From contig OX597827.1 of the NCBI GenBank assembly GCA_951406725.2, positions 3,348,001 to 3,412,000 of the forward strand: a DNA stretch of 64,000 bases. Direction: 5' to 3'. The DNA is from Octopus vulgaris (lineage: Eukaryota). The notes under the pieces were generated by a model. It saw only the letters and a list, made by a program, of their open reading frames with translations, ran no database searches and was not told the DNA's origin. Shown here one piece after another: positions 1-12,214 of this stretch; the stretch's first letter is position 1; each line of letters opens with the position of its first letter. Both the position numbers and the translations under genes were made by a program.

Positions 1-342
1 GTCATAGTGCTAATGCATGCATATACAGCTGCATGCGTGCACACATACACGTGGGTACTGTCCGAATCTCCAACCAATCACATACAGCTAGCTGGCATTC
101 AATTGGTGTATCAAGTTTCGGGCATTTTGATTGGGTTTTGGATAGAAAATTCACAAAAAAGTCACTTCTATTGATCTTTTAATGGCTTTGTGGGGTGACT
201 GGGGAAATGTAAAGATGTGCACGACCACCCTTGGACGCTTTTAAATGACCATAGAAAGTGCGAGCCCTCTAACTGAAAAATTGTGGATTTGCATAAAGGA
301 TACACACACAGACAGACATTTTGCCGTTTATAGATATAGAGA
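1..342 (-). mobile_element. Non-autonomous Helitron-like element, 5' end (may run off the left edge of the window)
   Basis: Minus strand begins A|TCTCTATATCTATAAACGGCAAAATGTCTGTCTGTGTGTG. This is the same A|TC + TATATAAA + (TGTC/TG)n start as the complete Helitron-like copies at 33984-34288 and 50271-50665; no 3' CTAG end is visible. Confidence 0.5.
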
Positions 343-344
343 TA

Positions 345-660
345 AGTATGCAATATCACGTGATCACGTGACCGACCAGACCATCAGATATTGTTACACA
401 TCGATGGTCACAATGCGTTCGCATTGTTTTAGCCTTCGAATGACGCCACCCCGCTGGCTAAGCGAGCAGGCCAACAGAAGAAAGAGTGGGGGAAAGAGTG
501 GTGAAAGAGTACAGCAGGGATCACCACCCCCTGCCGGAGCCTTGTGGAGCTTTTAGATGTTTTTGCTCAATAAACACACACAACGCCCGGTCTGGGAATC
601 GAAACCACGATCCTGCGACCGCAAGTCCGCTGCCCTAACCACTAGGCCATTGCGCCTCCA
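345..660 (-). mobile_element. tRNA-derived SINE (family S3), apparently full length
   Basis: Minus strand starts TGGAGGCGCAATGGCCTAGTGGTTAGGGCAGCGGAC...GGTTTCGATTCCCAGACC (Pol III A and B boxes) followed by a non-tRNA body; a related head lies at 52393-52478. Confidence 0.8.
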
Positions 661-1169
661 CATGTATGCAATATATAATAATTAAATGATTTGCAGCTTA
701 TTGTGTTTTTTATGTGCATGATCCACCCAGTTCATGGAAAAATTGTTCTGCATGAAGCCGGTCTGTGGTAGAAAGAAGGCGTGTAACCACTGCCTAACAT
801 TAAAGTAGCCCCAAGCCTTGTTTGGGACAAAATCATATACAAGAAAGAGAAAAAATATAAAATAGTAAAAAGAGACATAAATATTATGAAACTCACCGTT
901 TGTTGTGTGTCTGGTTTTTGAATGATTGAATTAAAAGGATGTGTGGTGCTGGTGTTGTCCAAAATGTCAATGATGCCATCGGTTAAGACTTCCAGAGAAT
1001 GCAGCTTGCAACTCCTCCTACAAATTTAAAATTCATTGCAAATAGTTTGAAAATAATTATTGCTGATTGCAGCCTATAAATGAAACGATATTTTCCACAG
1101 TTATGAATGTATGATGTTGATAAATAAAGAGAGAAAAAAATTACACTTCCACATTAAAGATCAAAGTTG

Positions 1170-1383
1170 TGTGCGTGAGAGTGAGAGAGGGTGTGTGTGA
1201 GAGAGAGAGTGTGTGTGAAAGATAATGAGAGAGAGAGGAGAGAGAGAAAGTGAGGAGCACATGAGAGAGAGAGAGAGAGAATGCATATGAGACAGAGCGA
1301 GAGAGAACACATGAGAGTTTGTGTGTGAGAGAGAGAATGTAGAGAGAGAGACAGAGTGAGTGAGTGTGTGTGTATGAGAGACA

Positions 1384-1415
<32 letters not shown>

Positions 1416-1615
1416 GCGTGTGAATGAGAGAGTGTGAGAGAAAAGGTATGTGTGGGAGAGTGTGTATGTGTGTGTGAGAGAGAAAGTGAGAGTGTGTGAG
1501 AGAGAGAGAGACAGAATGAGTGAGTGTGTGTGTATGGGAGAGTGTGAGAGAAAGGGAATGTGTGGGAGAGTGTGTGTGTGAGAGAGAGAGAGTGCATGTG
1601 TGTGTGTGTGAGAGA
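1170..1615. repeat. Compound (GA)n/(GT)n microsatellite
   Basis: Alternating gaga and gtgt tracts; explains the spurious ORF 1154-1624. Confidence 0.95.
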
Positions 1616-2269
1616 AGTTATCACATAATTTTAAAAGGTTAATATTTACAAACTTTTATTCAACCAGCAATGGTGACATCTGGGTTCCACAAAGTAAAGA
1701 TGACCACTGAATCACCTTTATAGTTTTATGAATTTGTCTACATGACATGTTTGATGAACAAGGAAAGTACTGGTCAATAGAGGGTCAATTTAACTGGCTA
1801 ACTCCTCTCTTCCATTACAGGTCTTGAGTTTCTGTTAGAATCAGTTACATTGTATATGCATAAGCAATGGACTACTGTATCTTGGGAAGGTCATTATGCC
1901 AATAATAAACACATGCACAGGTTCTTTGTCACTTCTTTTATTATTCCTAGCCAATCAACACATTGACTGCCACGTGTACCACCAGTGTTTCATTGTAAAC
2001 TTCACACAATCACCATACGCATGACTGGTGATGAATTTTCATAATTTGAGAGAATATTTTATTTTGTGTCTTTGACATGGTTTCAAAGATATTTAAATAA
2101 CATGAGTGTTAAATTTTAAAGTTTAACCAGGAAATATTGTAAAAATGCAAAAAAAACAATAACATTTACTTGCAATTAAACAGTATGTTGCATGACCATG
2201 CTAAGTACGCAGGGTCACCATTAAGTTGCAGTAATAGGCCATGGCAGTTGACATGTTGTAAATAGTAGG

Positions 2270-2465
2270 ACGGTAGAACTGTTACCATACCAAACTAGGA
2301 CACTTAGCACTATTTCTTTCAGCTCTTTACATTCTGAGTTGAAATGCTTCCAAAGTTGATCTTGCTTTTCATCCTTTTGGGGTTAATAAAATAAGTACCA
2401 GCTGAACACTGGGGAGGAGGGTCAATGAAATAAAATTTCTGGCCCTGTGCCAAATTTTGGAACTA
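2270..2465 (+). mobile_element. SINE family B, decayed copy
   Basis: Contains ttctgagttgaaat...gcttttcatccttttggggttaataaaataagtaccag, matching the better copies at 39617-39800 and 44545-44727. Confidence 0.7.
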
Positions 2466-2489
2466 TTGAGAGAGAGAGGGAGAGAGAGA

Positions 2490-2533
<44 letters not shown>

Positions 2534-3339
2534 GTGTGTGTGTGTGTGTGTTGCTAGGTTAAATGTTAACTAATTGACTGATAATAATAGTGAAAGAAGT
2601 GAAATAAAATCAGAGTGTGTTTGTTATTGGCATTATGACCCTCCTGAGAAACAATAAAATCTGCTTCAATACATAGTTTCACATCAAGAATCTTGGAAAC
2701 CAAACACAAAAGCAAAACATAAATAACATAGTTTTCCTTCAAAAAACACTTTAGGGTATGATTCTTAACAATTTGGTTGTTACGCAGCCCCAAATTGATA
2801 AAAATCACAATTACTGCCTTAAAAATTAGGAACAACACTTTAGATAACATACATTTAGATACAACAACATGGACTAAAGAACAGCAGAGATGGCCATGAC
2901 TGGAAACCATTTTATCATAGCACTGTTTAGACAGGACTGAGCAGGAGCTAAACATCATCAGGAACTAGCATAAAAGCCTCAACATGTTTTCTTGTCTTAC
3001 TAAAAATAATAGTCAAATCTTCCTTAAAATATAGATATTTCTTAGAAAAAAAGAAAGGCATTTTAATTTATGAAATTCTAAGATAGACTCTATCTGAAAC
3101 AGACAACATGGTCACAGCTGGGAAATCTTTGGACAGAAGCCTGCTTAATCAGGAGTGGTTAGAAGTGATGACGGCTAAACCATCACAAGTCTAAAAATTG
3201 TTTTTCAGCAAACTAATTATGCTGCTGTAAAAAGTGAATTATTAATTTGCTGAAGTGCTTCTCCAATTATGTTTTTTTATTCATAATCAATATTGCAATA
3301 AGTATTATTTATTGTAGGAATCTTAAACATGTTCCACAG

Positions 3340-3398
<59 letters not shown>

Positions 3399-3549
3399 CA
3401 TCATTAAGTGTGACTAAGGGTGCCGACACACCTACATTGCATCAGCACCCTTATTCACTCTTAATCATAGGTAAATTTTTCCAGGAAAAATTTACCTGAA
3501 ATTTACCTGAAATTTTTCCAAGTGAAATTGTAGTTATGGATAGTACTGG

Positions 3550-3840
3550 TGACACGTATAAGACACATATGACGGTGACACATAAAAGGCATCTATGATG
3601 GTGACATGTAAAAGGCACCCATAACAGGGACACATAAAAGCACCCATATTGGTGACATGTAAAAGGCACCTACAAAACTCTTGCAGTGGTTGGTGTTAGA
3701 AAGAGCATCCAGCCATAGCAACCTAGCCAAAACCAGATTGGACTGTACCAGGGAGCCTGGTACAGTCCCCAGGCTCACCAGCTCCAGTCAAACCATCTAA
3801 CTCATGCCACCATGGAAAACAGACACTAAATGATGATGAT
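3550..3840 (+). mobile_element. RTE LINE 3' UTR/tail fragment with repeated ggtgacatgtaaaaggcacc units
   Basis: Ends catggaaaacagacactaaatgatgatgat then (TA)n; homologous to the 3' UTR of the RTE at 30985-32012. Confidence 0.75.
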
Positions 3841-3864
3841 TATATATATATATATATATATATA

Positions 3865-4243
3865 TTCTTTTATTCTTTCATGTGTTTCAGTCATTTGACT
3901 ATGGCCATACTGGAGCACCGCCTTTAGCCAAAGAAATCTGCCCTAGGACTTATTCTTTGTAAGCCTAGTACTTATTCTATCGGTCTCTATTGCCAAACCA
4001 CTAAGTTACGGGGACATAAACACACCGACATCGGTTGTCAAGAGATGGTAGGGTGACAAACACAGACACAAATACACACACACACACACATATACGACGG
4101 GCTTCTTTCAGTTTCCATCTGCTAAATCCACTCGCATGGCTTTGGTTGGCCCGAGGCTATAGCAAAAGACACTTGCCCATGTGTCATGCAGTGAGACTGA
4201 ACCTGGAACCATCTGGTTGGAAAGCAAGCTTCTTACCACACAA
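3865..4243 (-). mobile_element. SINE family A (tRNA-like head, microsatellite hinge, tail ending gactgaaac...aaag)
   Basis: Reverse complement of the copy at 11494-11885 along its whole length. Confidence 0.9.
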
Positions 4244-4319
4244 CTATATATCTATATATATATATAATATCATCATCATTTTAATATCCACTTTTTCATG
4301 CTTGCATGGGTCAAATGGC

Positions 4320-5745
4320 ATTTATTGTAGCAGCTATATTTCATTTAGATTGTCTAAGTTATCTGTTAATGTTGACATTTTCAATAAGCCTGAATTTTAT
4401 AACTCTGCCTTACTTAAAGCAGGTTACACAGAAAAAGTTACTTACATTAATTCAATTCAACCTTATTCTACCTTTACTAATTGAGACATGAAATCTAATT
4501 GTAAGGATATAAACGATATCAATTTTAATTTATACGCCGGTACCAAACAGAGGAAGGGAGATAACCCTTATTTAAACCCCTTTTTTCATTCTAAAGGTAA
4601 ATCAATGTCTTTTAAAGATAGTTCCACTAAAAATAAGGCAACTAATAGTAAAACTATTTGGTTGATTATTCCTTATGGGAGGCAAATTAAATCTAATCTT
4701 CCTTTACAGTTTTGGGAACCTATTATTAGGAATTTTCCAAAGAATTCAAGGTATTACTCTATTATCAACTCGCACGCGGTTAAGATTGGTTTTTCCAACA
4801 CAAAAATATTCAAATATTAGTCTGTTAAATAAGAACACATTACTAATACTAACATTAATATAGCTAATACCATCCATCCCCCTAGAAATATTAATAACAA
4901 AGTTATTGTCTCTGAAGTCAATTCCAAAAGAATTAAGTTTATGTCAAGCAACTCTAAAATTAAAATTAAAATTAAGAAATACTATTGTAAAATTACTTCA
5001 GATACCGATGTCTTTTTTTATATCGGTAGTTCTTCTTCTCTGTTATCTAAAAGAATTTCTAATCATTACTTCTACATTTAGGGATAGGAATAAAATTAAC
5101 AGTACAGGGCTTAGTAAATTAATTTGGTATCTAAAACACCATAATAAACAATTTAATTTAGATTGGTTGATTTTCTCAATTTCATTCCCTTATGATAAAG
5201 GCAAGAAATTCTGTCTTCTCTGTAATTGTGAACTATATTTTATTCTTTTTTAATAAAAAGCCCCTTGTAAACACAGATATAGAGCATGTTTACCGATGTA
5301 AACATTGGCAGAGACACACCTTTAGTTCATATAAGAGATATCTGCCATCATATATGATTTAAACATTGATTTTCTTCTTACATTTCACATTCATTATATA
5401 TATCTTTTTCCAAGACTTTAGGGTTTTATTTAATTTGCATATCGTTCTATACTTCTCATTTATTTGACTCTTTTTTTCCTTTACTCATCCTCTTTTTATA
5501 GGCTACCTGTAACGTCATATCCTCTAACGGTTTTTTTTAAAAAACTTAACAGCATTCAGTTCATCACTTTACATATCCATTATATTCTGTTAAAATGTCT
5601 TATTGATCAGTTTTAGTTCTTCATTTCCCTGAAGAGAGGGTCACATTGTTTTACACCATTTTATTCCTTTGGAATACTACCAATGATATCTTCAAAACGT
5701 GTCAGAAGTAAAAGAATTTGAATAACACCTGCGTTTAACTCCATT
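4320..5745 (+). mobile_element. Penelope-like retroelement, 5'-truncated and frameshifted (RT C-terminus, GIY-YIG endonuclease, 3' pLTR region)
   Basis: Translated pieces: ISFRLSKLSVNVDIFNKPEFYNSALLKAGYTEKVTY; IWLIIPYGRQIKSN...IIRNFPKNSRYYSIINSHAVKIGFS; YYCKITSDTDVFFYIG...KRISNH (GIY-YIG); NSTGLSKLIWYLK...CLLCNCE...VNTDIEHVYRCKH. A hammerhead-like motif lies downstream, as is typical of PLEs. Confidence 0.8.
5622..5710 (+). ncRNA. Degenerate type I hammerhead ribozyme motif in the PLE 3' region
   Basis: catttcc CTGAAGA gaggg...tcttc aAAA c gt g TC agaagta. The G12>A and stem III changes are consistent with CpG decay of GAAACGCGTC. Confidence 0.6.
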
Positions 5746-5810
5746 TATATATATAAGAAATTAAAAAAGGAAAATACGCACACTTACATGGTTTTAATAT
5801 AATTTTTAAT

Positions 5811-5846
5811 ATATCGACCAGTTTCGCTATCGCTATTCATGATATA
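5811..5846 (-). ncRNA. Minimal type I hammerhead-like motif with an A3/U8 core variant
   Basis: Minus strand: tatatc ATGAATA gc gata gc GAAA c tg g TC gatata; perfect 6-bp stem I, 2-bp stem II and a short stem III. Confidence 0.6.
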
Positions 5847-6111
5847 ATGTTTAATTTATATGAATATATATTTTTTCTTAAGAAGGAATTTGGTCCATGT
5901 TGTTTGTGATGAAATTCACGAGTGAATTATATTCCTGAGCGCCATACTAATACAATTGTTTGTTTGTATTCCACCTGCCTTCGTCTTTTGTTTATTTTCA
6001 TAAAGCTTCCCATTATATATATATATATATAATAAAATATTAGGGAATAAATGTATTGGCTTAAGTTTTTCATTGTATGATTTGCCTAATAGTGGTTTTA
6101 TCTCTAATTTA

Positions 6112-6150
<39 letters not shown>

Positions 6151-6489
6151 CACATATATAAATCATATATTAATCAGGTACAAAATGTAGTGTTTTCTAT
6201 AATCCAGTGCATTATACAGATACCAAATAATGATATCTGTTTCATGTTGTTCATCTGGGACAAGATAGTCTGAGCCTATTTCCTTCTAATCTATATTTTT
6301 AATAGAAATTATTGAGGGATCATCTATCCCAGAGGATTTGTGAGATAGTGACAGAGATAGACATGAGAAAATGTAAGATTTAATGAGTCATGCTATGAGC
6401 CAATGAGGAGACATTAACTTAATGAAGTATCATTTGTTAATGAGGAATCATGAGATAATGAACTCATAGGGGCCTCTGGCCAATGTTGA

Positions 6490-6685
6490 ATCCTTATGTG
6501 GCTGCTTTATCTGCTAGACAGAGCAGCCACATCTCACTGAAATCACAAATCACCTTATACTACTTTCAAAGAAGAATTGACTAAGCAAATAATATGGTCT
6601 TAGATATACAATGGGATGGTCTTGGTTGGAATGCCTTTGATCACAGGTCTATCGGATCATGTCTTGATCAGAGCCTTAAACGACT
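6490..6685 (+). mobile_element. Old dispersed repeat (family E); related pieces near 3000-3180, 19060-19320 (-), 53340-53520 (-) and 60690-60780
   Basis: Shared degenerate motifs ctgctaga..agcagcca.atctc, ggatggtc.tgg.tggaatgcctttgatca; class unknown. Confidence 0.45.
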
Positions 6686-7311
6686 GTAATTTGTAATAAG
6701 ATTATCAAATTCCCACTGCAAACTGAGAAATCCCTTGTAAATTTGACAGCATTCCTGTTGTCTCCAACAAAGAGCTGAATCTATAGACAAATACTATTTG
6801 CAGTTAAACAGACAGAGCCAAGAAGATTTGTTTTTGTCATAGATACAGTGGTGACAGTGTTGGTGAGTGTTGGTGGTGGTACATAAGAAGTGGTATCTTT
6901 TGGTTTGATATGCTAATGCTAACATCTTATCAATGCAACTACCTTCCACAGACTCACTTAGTACAAATATTTAGCTAAAAGATTTACGGCACCAGTATGG
7001 AATAGCAATGTATCCAATATCGCATAAATACTGGAAAGAAATTGTTCAAAGATATTTTTCTATCTATATTTAATGATAAATATTTGTACAAGCCTCAGAG
7101 ATTCACCGATAAGGCTGCTTGGTTGGTTGCTTGGTTGGTTTTAGAAGTGAGATAGATCACTCTAGGATAGGATACATGACTGTCAATACTATGATCACTT
7201 TCTTCAGCAAAGACATAAGAGCCAACATGCATAGAAGGAGATTAATGCCAGGCTGTTATAGGTAACAAATTAGCAAAGTTGTGAGAGAAGTGGATGAAAT
7301 ACCTCTTAGTC

Positions 7312-7722
7312 TTTTTCTCTTTTACTTGTTTCAGTCATTTGACTGCAGCCATACTGGAGCACCACCTTGAAGAATTTTAGTCAAACAAATCGACCCAAGG
7401 ACTTCTTTTTAAATTTTTTTTTAAAGTCTAGTACTTATTCTATCAGCCTCTATTACAAAGCTGCTACGTTATAGGGACATAAACACACCAACACCAATTG
7501 TCAAGTGGTGATGGGTGGACAAACACAGACACACACACACACACATACTCACACACACAAACACACACAATGGGCTTCTTCCAGTTTCCGTCTACCAAAT
7601 CCACACACAAGGTTTTGGTCATCCTAAGGTTATTATAGAAGGCACTTGCCCAAGGTGCAACACAGTGGAACTGAACCCTGAATCATGTGGTTAGGAAGCA
7701 AGCTTCTTACCCCACAGCCATG
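7312..7722 (-). mobile_element. SINE family A
   Basis: Full-length similarity to 11494-11885 in reverse orientation. Confidence 0.9.
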
Positions 7723-8799
7723 CTTGCATCTTGTCATACATATTTATTTTGGTTTCTTGCATTCTGAGTTCCAATCCTGCCATGGCCTACACATATGGTC
7801 AACTTAATCCATCACCCAGTTTAACATCATTATCTGGTCTTTGGGTGTTTGTAGGAGAATATACTACATTGCAAGCAGTCAGGTCTGATCTCCTACTGGA
7901 GTATACCATTGTCTCTCTCTTCTTTCTTTCAACCAGTCTCAGAGGCCCTTTAAAAGGGTTACAGCACTGCCCTTCTCCTTTGGCTATGCAATAAAATAAA
8001 TTAACATTTGTCACCACTTAAAAGTGGTTGTTGTGTTAGAACACTGACTACTGAGGTAGTTACTACGAGAGAACCTCACATATAGTTTTTGTGGTGCATA
8101 TAGGCATTCTCATTTACATTGCCAGCGGGAGTGGTGAGAAATGATACCTTTTGGTCTAAATACTGATTCTGTTGCTATTAACAATTTCAAAATAAATCGT
8201 TTTAACTATTAAAATTTCTTCTGTAGATGCATGAAAGCCAAAACATGCCAAAGAGAATAACAAGTAATACAATCCATATTTCTAGTATTTCTATAAAGCA
8301 TGAGATTTTTTAGACAAAGTGGAAATTGGAAGTTGTGTTTATTCATGGCTTTTCTACAGACAATAATAATGTAAGTGAAGCAAAATGTTCCAAGTGGGAA
8401 TTGAAAGCACAAGCAAATTCTATATGGGTAAGTAAATCGGTATGAATGATGATAGCCTGCGCTGATAGGTTATGTTGGTAAAGTGTGATGACAGCCACAG
8501 GATTCAAAGTTGTTGACCAAAGCTGAATTAGATTCCATTACGTTATTGCTTTTATTTTTTTTTCTATCTAAGGATTATATTTTACATGTATATTTATATG
8601 CTTTATGTCCTTCTACATATTATCAGTACATTTATTCAGATAATCCTCCACAATCTGTGCATGACGATTATCTTTTTGTTTTGTTTGTTTGTTTTTGTTT
8701 TTTGCTCTGTTTTTGTTTTAAATGCTTTTTGTACATTATGAGCAGCGTTCTGCCTGACCATTATAAACATGTGTGTGTGTGTGTGTGTGTGTGATATCA

Positions 8800-9180
8800 C
8801 CATCATCATCATTTTAATGTCCACTTTTCTACGCTTGCATGGGTTGGACAGAATTTGTCGATGTGAATTTTCAATAGCTGGGTGCTCTTCCTGTAGCTAA
8901 CATTTAACTGTTTTTATGCATAGTAACATTTCCCCCAAAACTGATGCATTTTCTAAGGCAGAGTGGCAACGAAGGACACTGTTTGCATGATAGTGATGCT
9001 TACAACTATCATGTGATGTCATAGCAAGGGGACAGTAATGTGTGCACACACACACACAAACACACACATACACACACACACACACACACACATACATACG
9101 TACATACACATACATACACATATATTGGGCTTTTCAGTTTCCATCATTCGTACCCACTCCTTGGTTGGCCTGGATCTATA
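8800..9180 (-). mobile_element. SINE A core joined through a (TG)n hinge to an alternative, RTE-tailed 3' half (variant A/F)
   Basis: catcatcattttaatgtccacttttctacgcttgcatggg tail at left, (CA)n hinge, then gggcttttcagtttcc SINE A core; same layout as 59655-60005. Confidence 0.65.
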
Positions 9181-10259
9181 CTATGAAATACCACTATTTT
9201 TCCTCAAGTTTGCCTGATTTTCTATTCTAGTGTCTTGGAAATTCCAGAAGACGTGCAGTCTAAGTCATTTATCGGTGGGTATATATACAGTAGTATATAT
9301 ATATATATATATACTTTCACTGGTCTCAATCACTAGAAGGCAGCTATTCTAGGACACCATCAACGATTTTACTCAGTTATAGCAATTTAAACTATTCAGA
9401 ACACACACACACACACACAGACGCATGTTGTGTGTGTGTGTGTGTGTGTGTGTAAATATACACATTTCCTGCATGGCACTTATCAAACTCACACACATAC
9501 ATACACACATATACATTCATATATTTTGAACCAGACAGCTATGCATAAGTCTAGTGCTAAGTAAAATTAAAGAATTATTATTATTATTATTATTTATTAT
9601 TATTATTATTATTTTGCTTTTGAAATTGCAATTTTCGGAACAACTTATTTGATATTATTAATTATTTATCTCAATTTAATACAACAACTCATGTATTTGG
9701 CAAGATATAATTTTTATAAAATATATATATATATTTTTTTATATAAAATCAGTTACACATAAAACAAGATTGAGTAGAATATTTTCATCTGCAGATTAGT
9801 ACATAGCAACACAATTACTTTTAAATATTGCCATATACACTACAAGCCGAATACGGTCAATAGACAGTGTTAAAGAAGGCAGAGGACAATGAAGCAATTA
9901 TAGGCAAGTGAGATCCCTTTTCTCCCATCTTGCTGAGATCTTACCAACTTCTCTGGTGTTAGTACCATGAGAATATGGACCCAGTTCGATTTGTAGAGTG
10001 GATGAGATGTTTTTGGTTTAGCCATTTTGGCACTGCTTATCTTTCATTGCTGATTCAATGCTGACTTATTTGACATCAGATATTGAATGTCTTTCCCTTA
10101 TTTTCTGTCTCTCACAAATCTCTGATTTTTGTGTGTACGAGGAGAGGAAAAGTGTTCAACTCATAGATTGTAATGTTTTTATCTTTTTCTTTCTCTCTCT
10201 CTCTCTCTTTCTTTCTTTCTCTCTCTCACCTTCAATCTTTCTATACGTCACCACCAACA

Positions 10260-11255
10260 CCATCATCATCATCTTTTTTATCATCCATTTTTCATTGCCT
10301 AAATGGGTGAGATGGAATTTGCTGAGACAGATTTTATATGGCTGGATGCGTGTCATCCAAGCCTCACCAGTTTCCAAGTAAGGTAATGTTTCCCCATGAC
10401 CAGGAAGGTTTCCATGGAAGACTGGAAATGAAGGACACCACATGCATGTTGGTGACATGCATTTACAAATATCATACAGTCAAAGCAAGGAGGAAGTAAC
10501 ACACACACATACAGACATAAACACACACATATACATTCACATATATATACATATATATACAGGGAGAGTTTACAAAAAAAAAACAAAAGATGAAGACAGG
10601 TGGTGTACAAAATAAACAGATGTATTAGTATAACGCTCAGGAATTTAAAGAGTCTTTTACATTTCAAGCCTACGCTCTTCTACAGAAAGGGACACAGAAA
10701 AAAACACGGAAAGAAACAAGGAAAGAAAAAAAATGTGTAGTGGCTACAGATCTATCATGGCGACTGATATATGTGTGTGTGTGTGTGTGTGTTGTCATCA
10801 CCATCACCATCATTGTCATCATCATTATCATTTAGCATCTGCTTTCCTGTGAGCATGGGTTAGATGGTTTGACTGAAGCTGGAGAGCTGCACCAAGATCC
10901 AGTTTCCTTTGGCATGGTTTCTACAGCTGGATGTCCTTCCTAACACCAACCACTTCAAGAGTGTAGTGGGTGCTTTTTAAGTGCTACTGGTACGGGTGCC
11001 AGTCACATGACACCAGCGTCAGCCAGCAGCTGCAATTTCGCTTGGCTTGATGAGTTTTCTCAAGCACAGCATATCACCAGAGGTCTCAGTCACTTGTCCT
11101 CACAATGGGCTTCTATCAGTTTTCTTCTACCAAATCCATTTACAAGGCTTTGGTCAACTAGGGGCTATTGTAGAAAACACTTGCCCAAGACTCCACACGG
11201 AGCTGAACTCAGAACCATGTGGTTTGAAAGCAAACATCTAACCACTCAGCCATAT
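10260..11255 (-). mobile_element. SINE A/F variant split by two nested insertions in its hinge
   Basis: F tail 10260-10500, hinge, insert 10560-10766, RTE tail 10800-11100, SINE A head 11105-11255. Confidence 0.65.
10560..10766 (-). mobile_element. Small TA-inserted element with a decayed hammerhead-like motif (10653-10690)
   Basis: Minus strand: cttt CTGtAGA a gagc gtag gctt GAAA t g TA aaag. Its 3' end (ttcctgagcg...cacctg.cttc.tcttttgttt...) recurs at 5932-6012 on the plus strand. Confidence 0.55.
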
Positions 11256-11493
11256 CTGTGTCTGCATCTTTATCTCCATGTGTATATATTTCTGCCTATG
11301 CACATGTGTGTTTGCCTCCAGTGCCAAAATATACACTCACTAAATCAGGGTCAGTGTCTAGTTAGTCATGCCAAATTGCCAGTGTCCATACAGCCATACC
11401 CCTATCATCTTATTCCATTCTTTAGAGTGGATGGTGATAGGAAGAGAATGGAAACCAAACCAAAATAACATGAAGAGGCATCAGTCTTAAACA

Positions 11494-11885
11494 GAGTGGC
11501 TGTGTGGTAAGTAGCTTGCTAACCAACCACATGGTTCCGGGTTCAGTCCCACTGCGTGACATCTTGGGCAAGTGTCTCCTGCTATAGCCCCGGGCTGACC
11601 AATGCCTTGTGAGTGGATTTGGTAGACGGAAACCGAAAGAAGCCTGTCGTATATATGTATATATGTATGTGTGTGTGTTTGTGTGTCTGTGTTTGTCCCC
11701 CAAGCATTGCTTGACAACCGATGCTGGTGTGTTTACACGACCCGTCACTTAGCAGTTCGGCAAAAGAGACCGATAGAATAAGTACTGGGCTTACAAAGAA
11801 TAAGTCCCGGGGTCGATTTGCTCGACTAAAGGCAGTGCTCCAGCATGGCCACAGTCAAATGACTGAAAAGAGTTAAAGAGTAAAG
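11494..11885 (+). mobile_element. SINE family A, reference copy
   Basis: TGGCTGTGTGGTAAG (A box)...GGGTTCAGTCCC (B box), cttgggcaagtgtc core, (TA)/(TG) hinge, tail ...gctccagcatggccacagtcaaatgactgaaaagagttaaagagtaaag. Confidence 0.9.
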
Positions 11886-12006
11886 GGTAGAGTAGTGGGT
11901 CTTAATATGAAATGACTTCAATCATGAAGACCAGTGCAACCTATGATACAGCACAGAGGTGATCATGATGATGATGATGGCAGTTATAATATTTTATGTC
12001 ATTTAC

Positions 12007-12205
12007 AAGGCAGTGAGCTGGCAGAAGCATTAGCACACCAGACAAAATACACAGCAGTATTTCGTCTATCATTACTTTCTGAGTTCAAATTTTGCTGATG
12101 TCGACTTAGCTTTTCATCCTTTTGGGGGTTGATAAATTAAGTACCGTTTGCATAGTGGGGTCGATCTCCCCCAAAATTTTGGGCCTTGTGCCTTGAGTAG
12201 AAAAG
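12007..12205 (+). mobile_element. SINE family B
   Basis: aaggcagtgagctggcagaa head, gagttcaaat B box, tttcatcctttgggggttgataaattaagtacc domain. Confidence 0.8.
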
Positions 12206-12214
12206 AATATTTTA

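Noticed and set aside
590-660. tRNA gene
   Set aside because: A and B boxes are present but there is no closing acceptor stem, and it continues into a SINE body.
7799-8017. 72-aa minus-strand ORF with an acceptor-like site
   Set aside because: No recognisable domain and no clear donor or partner exon.
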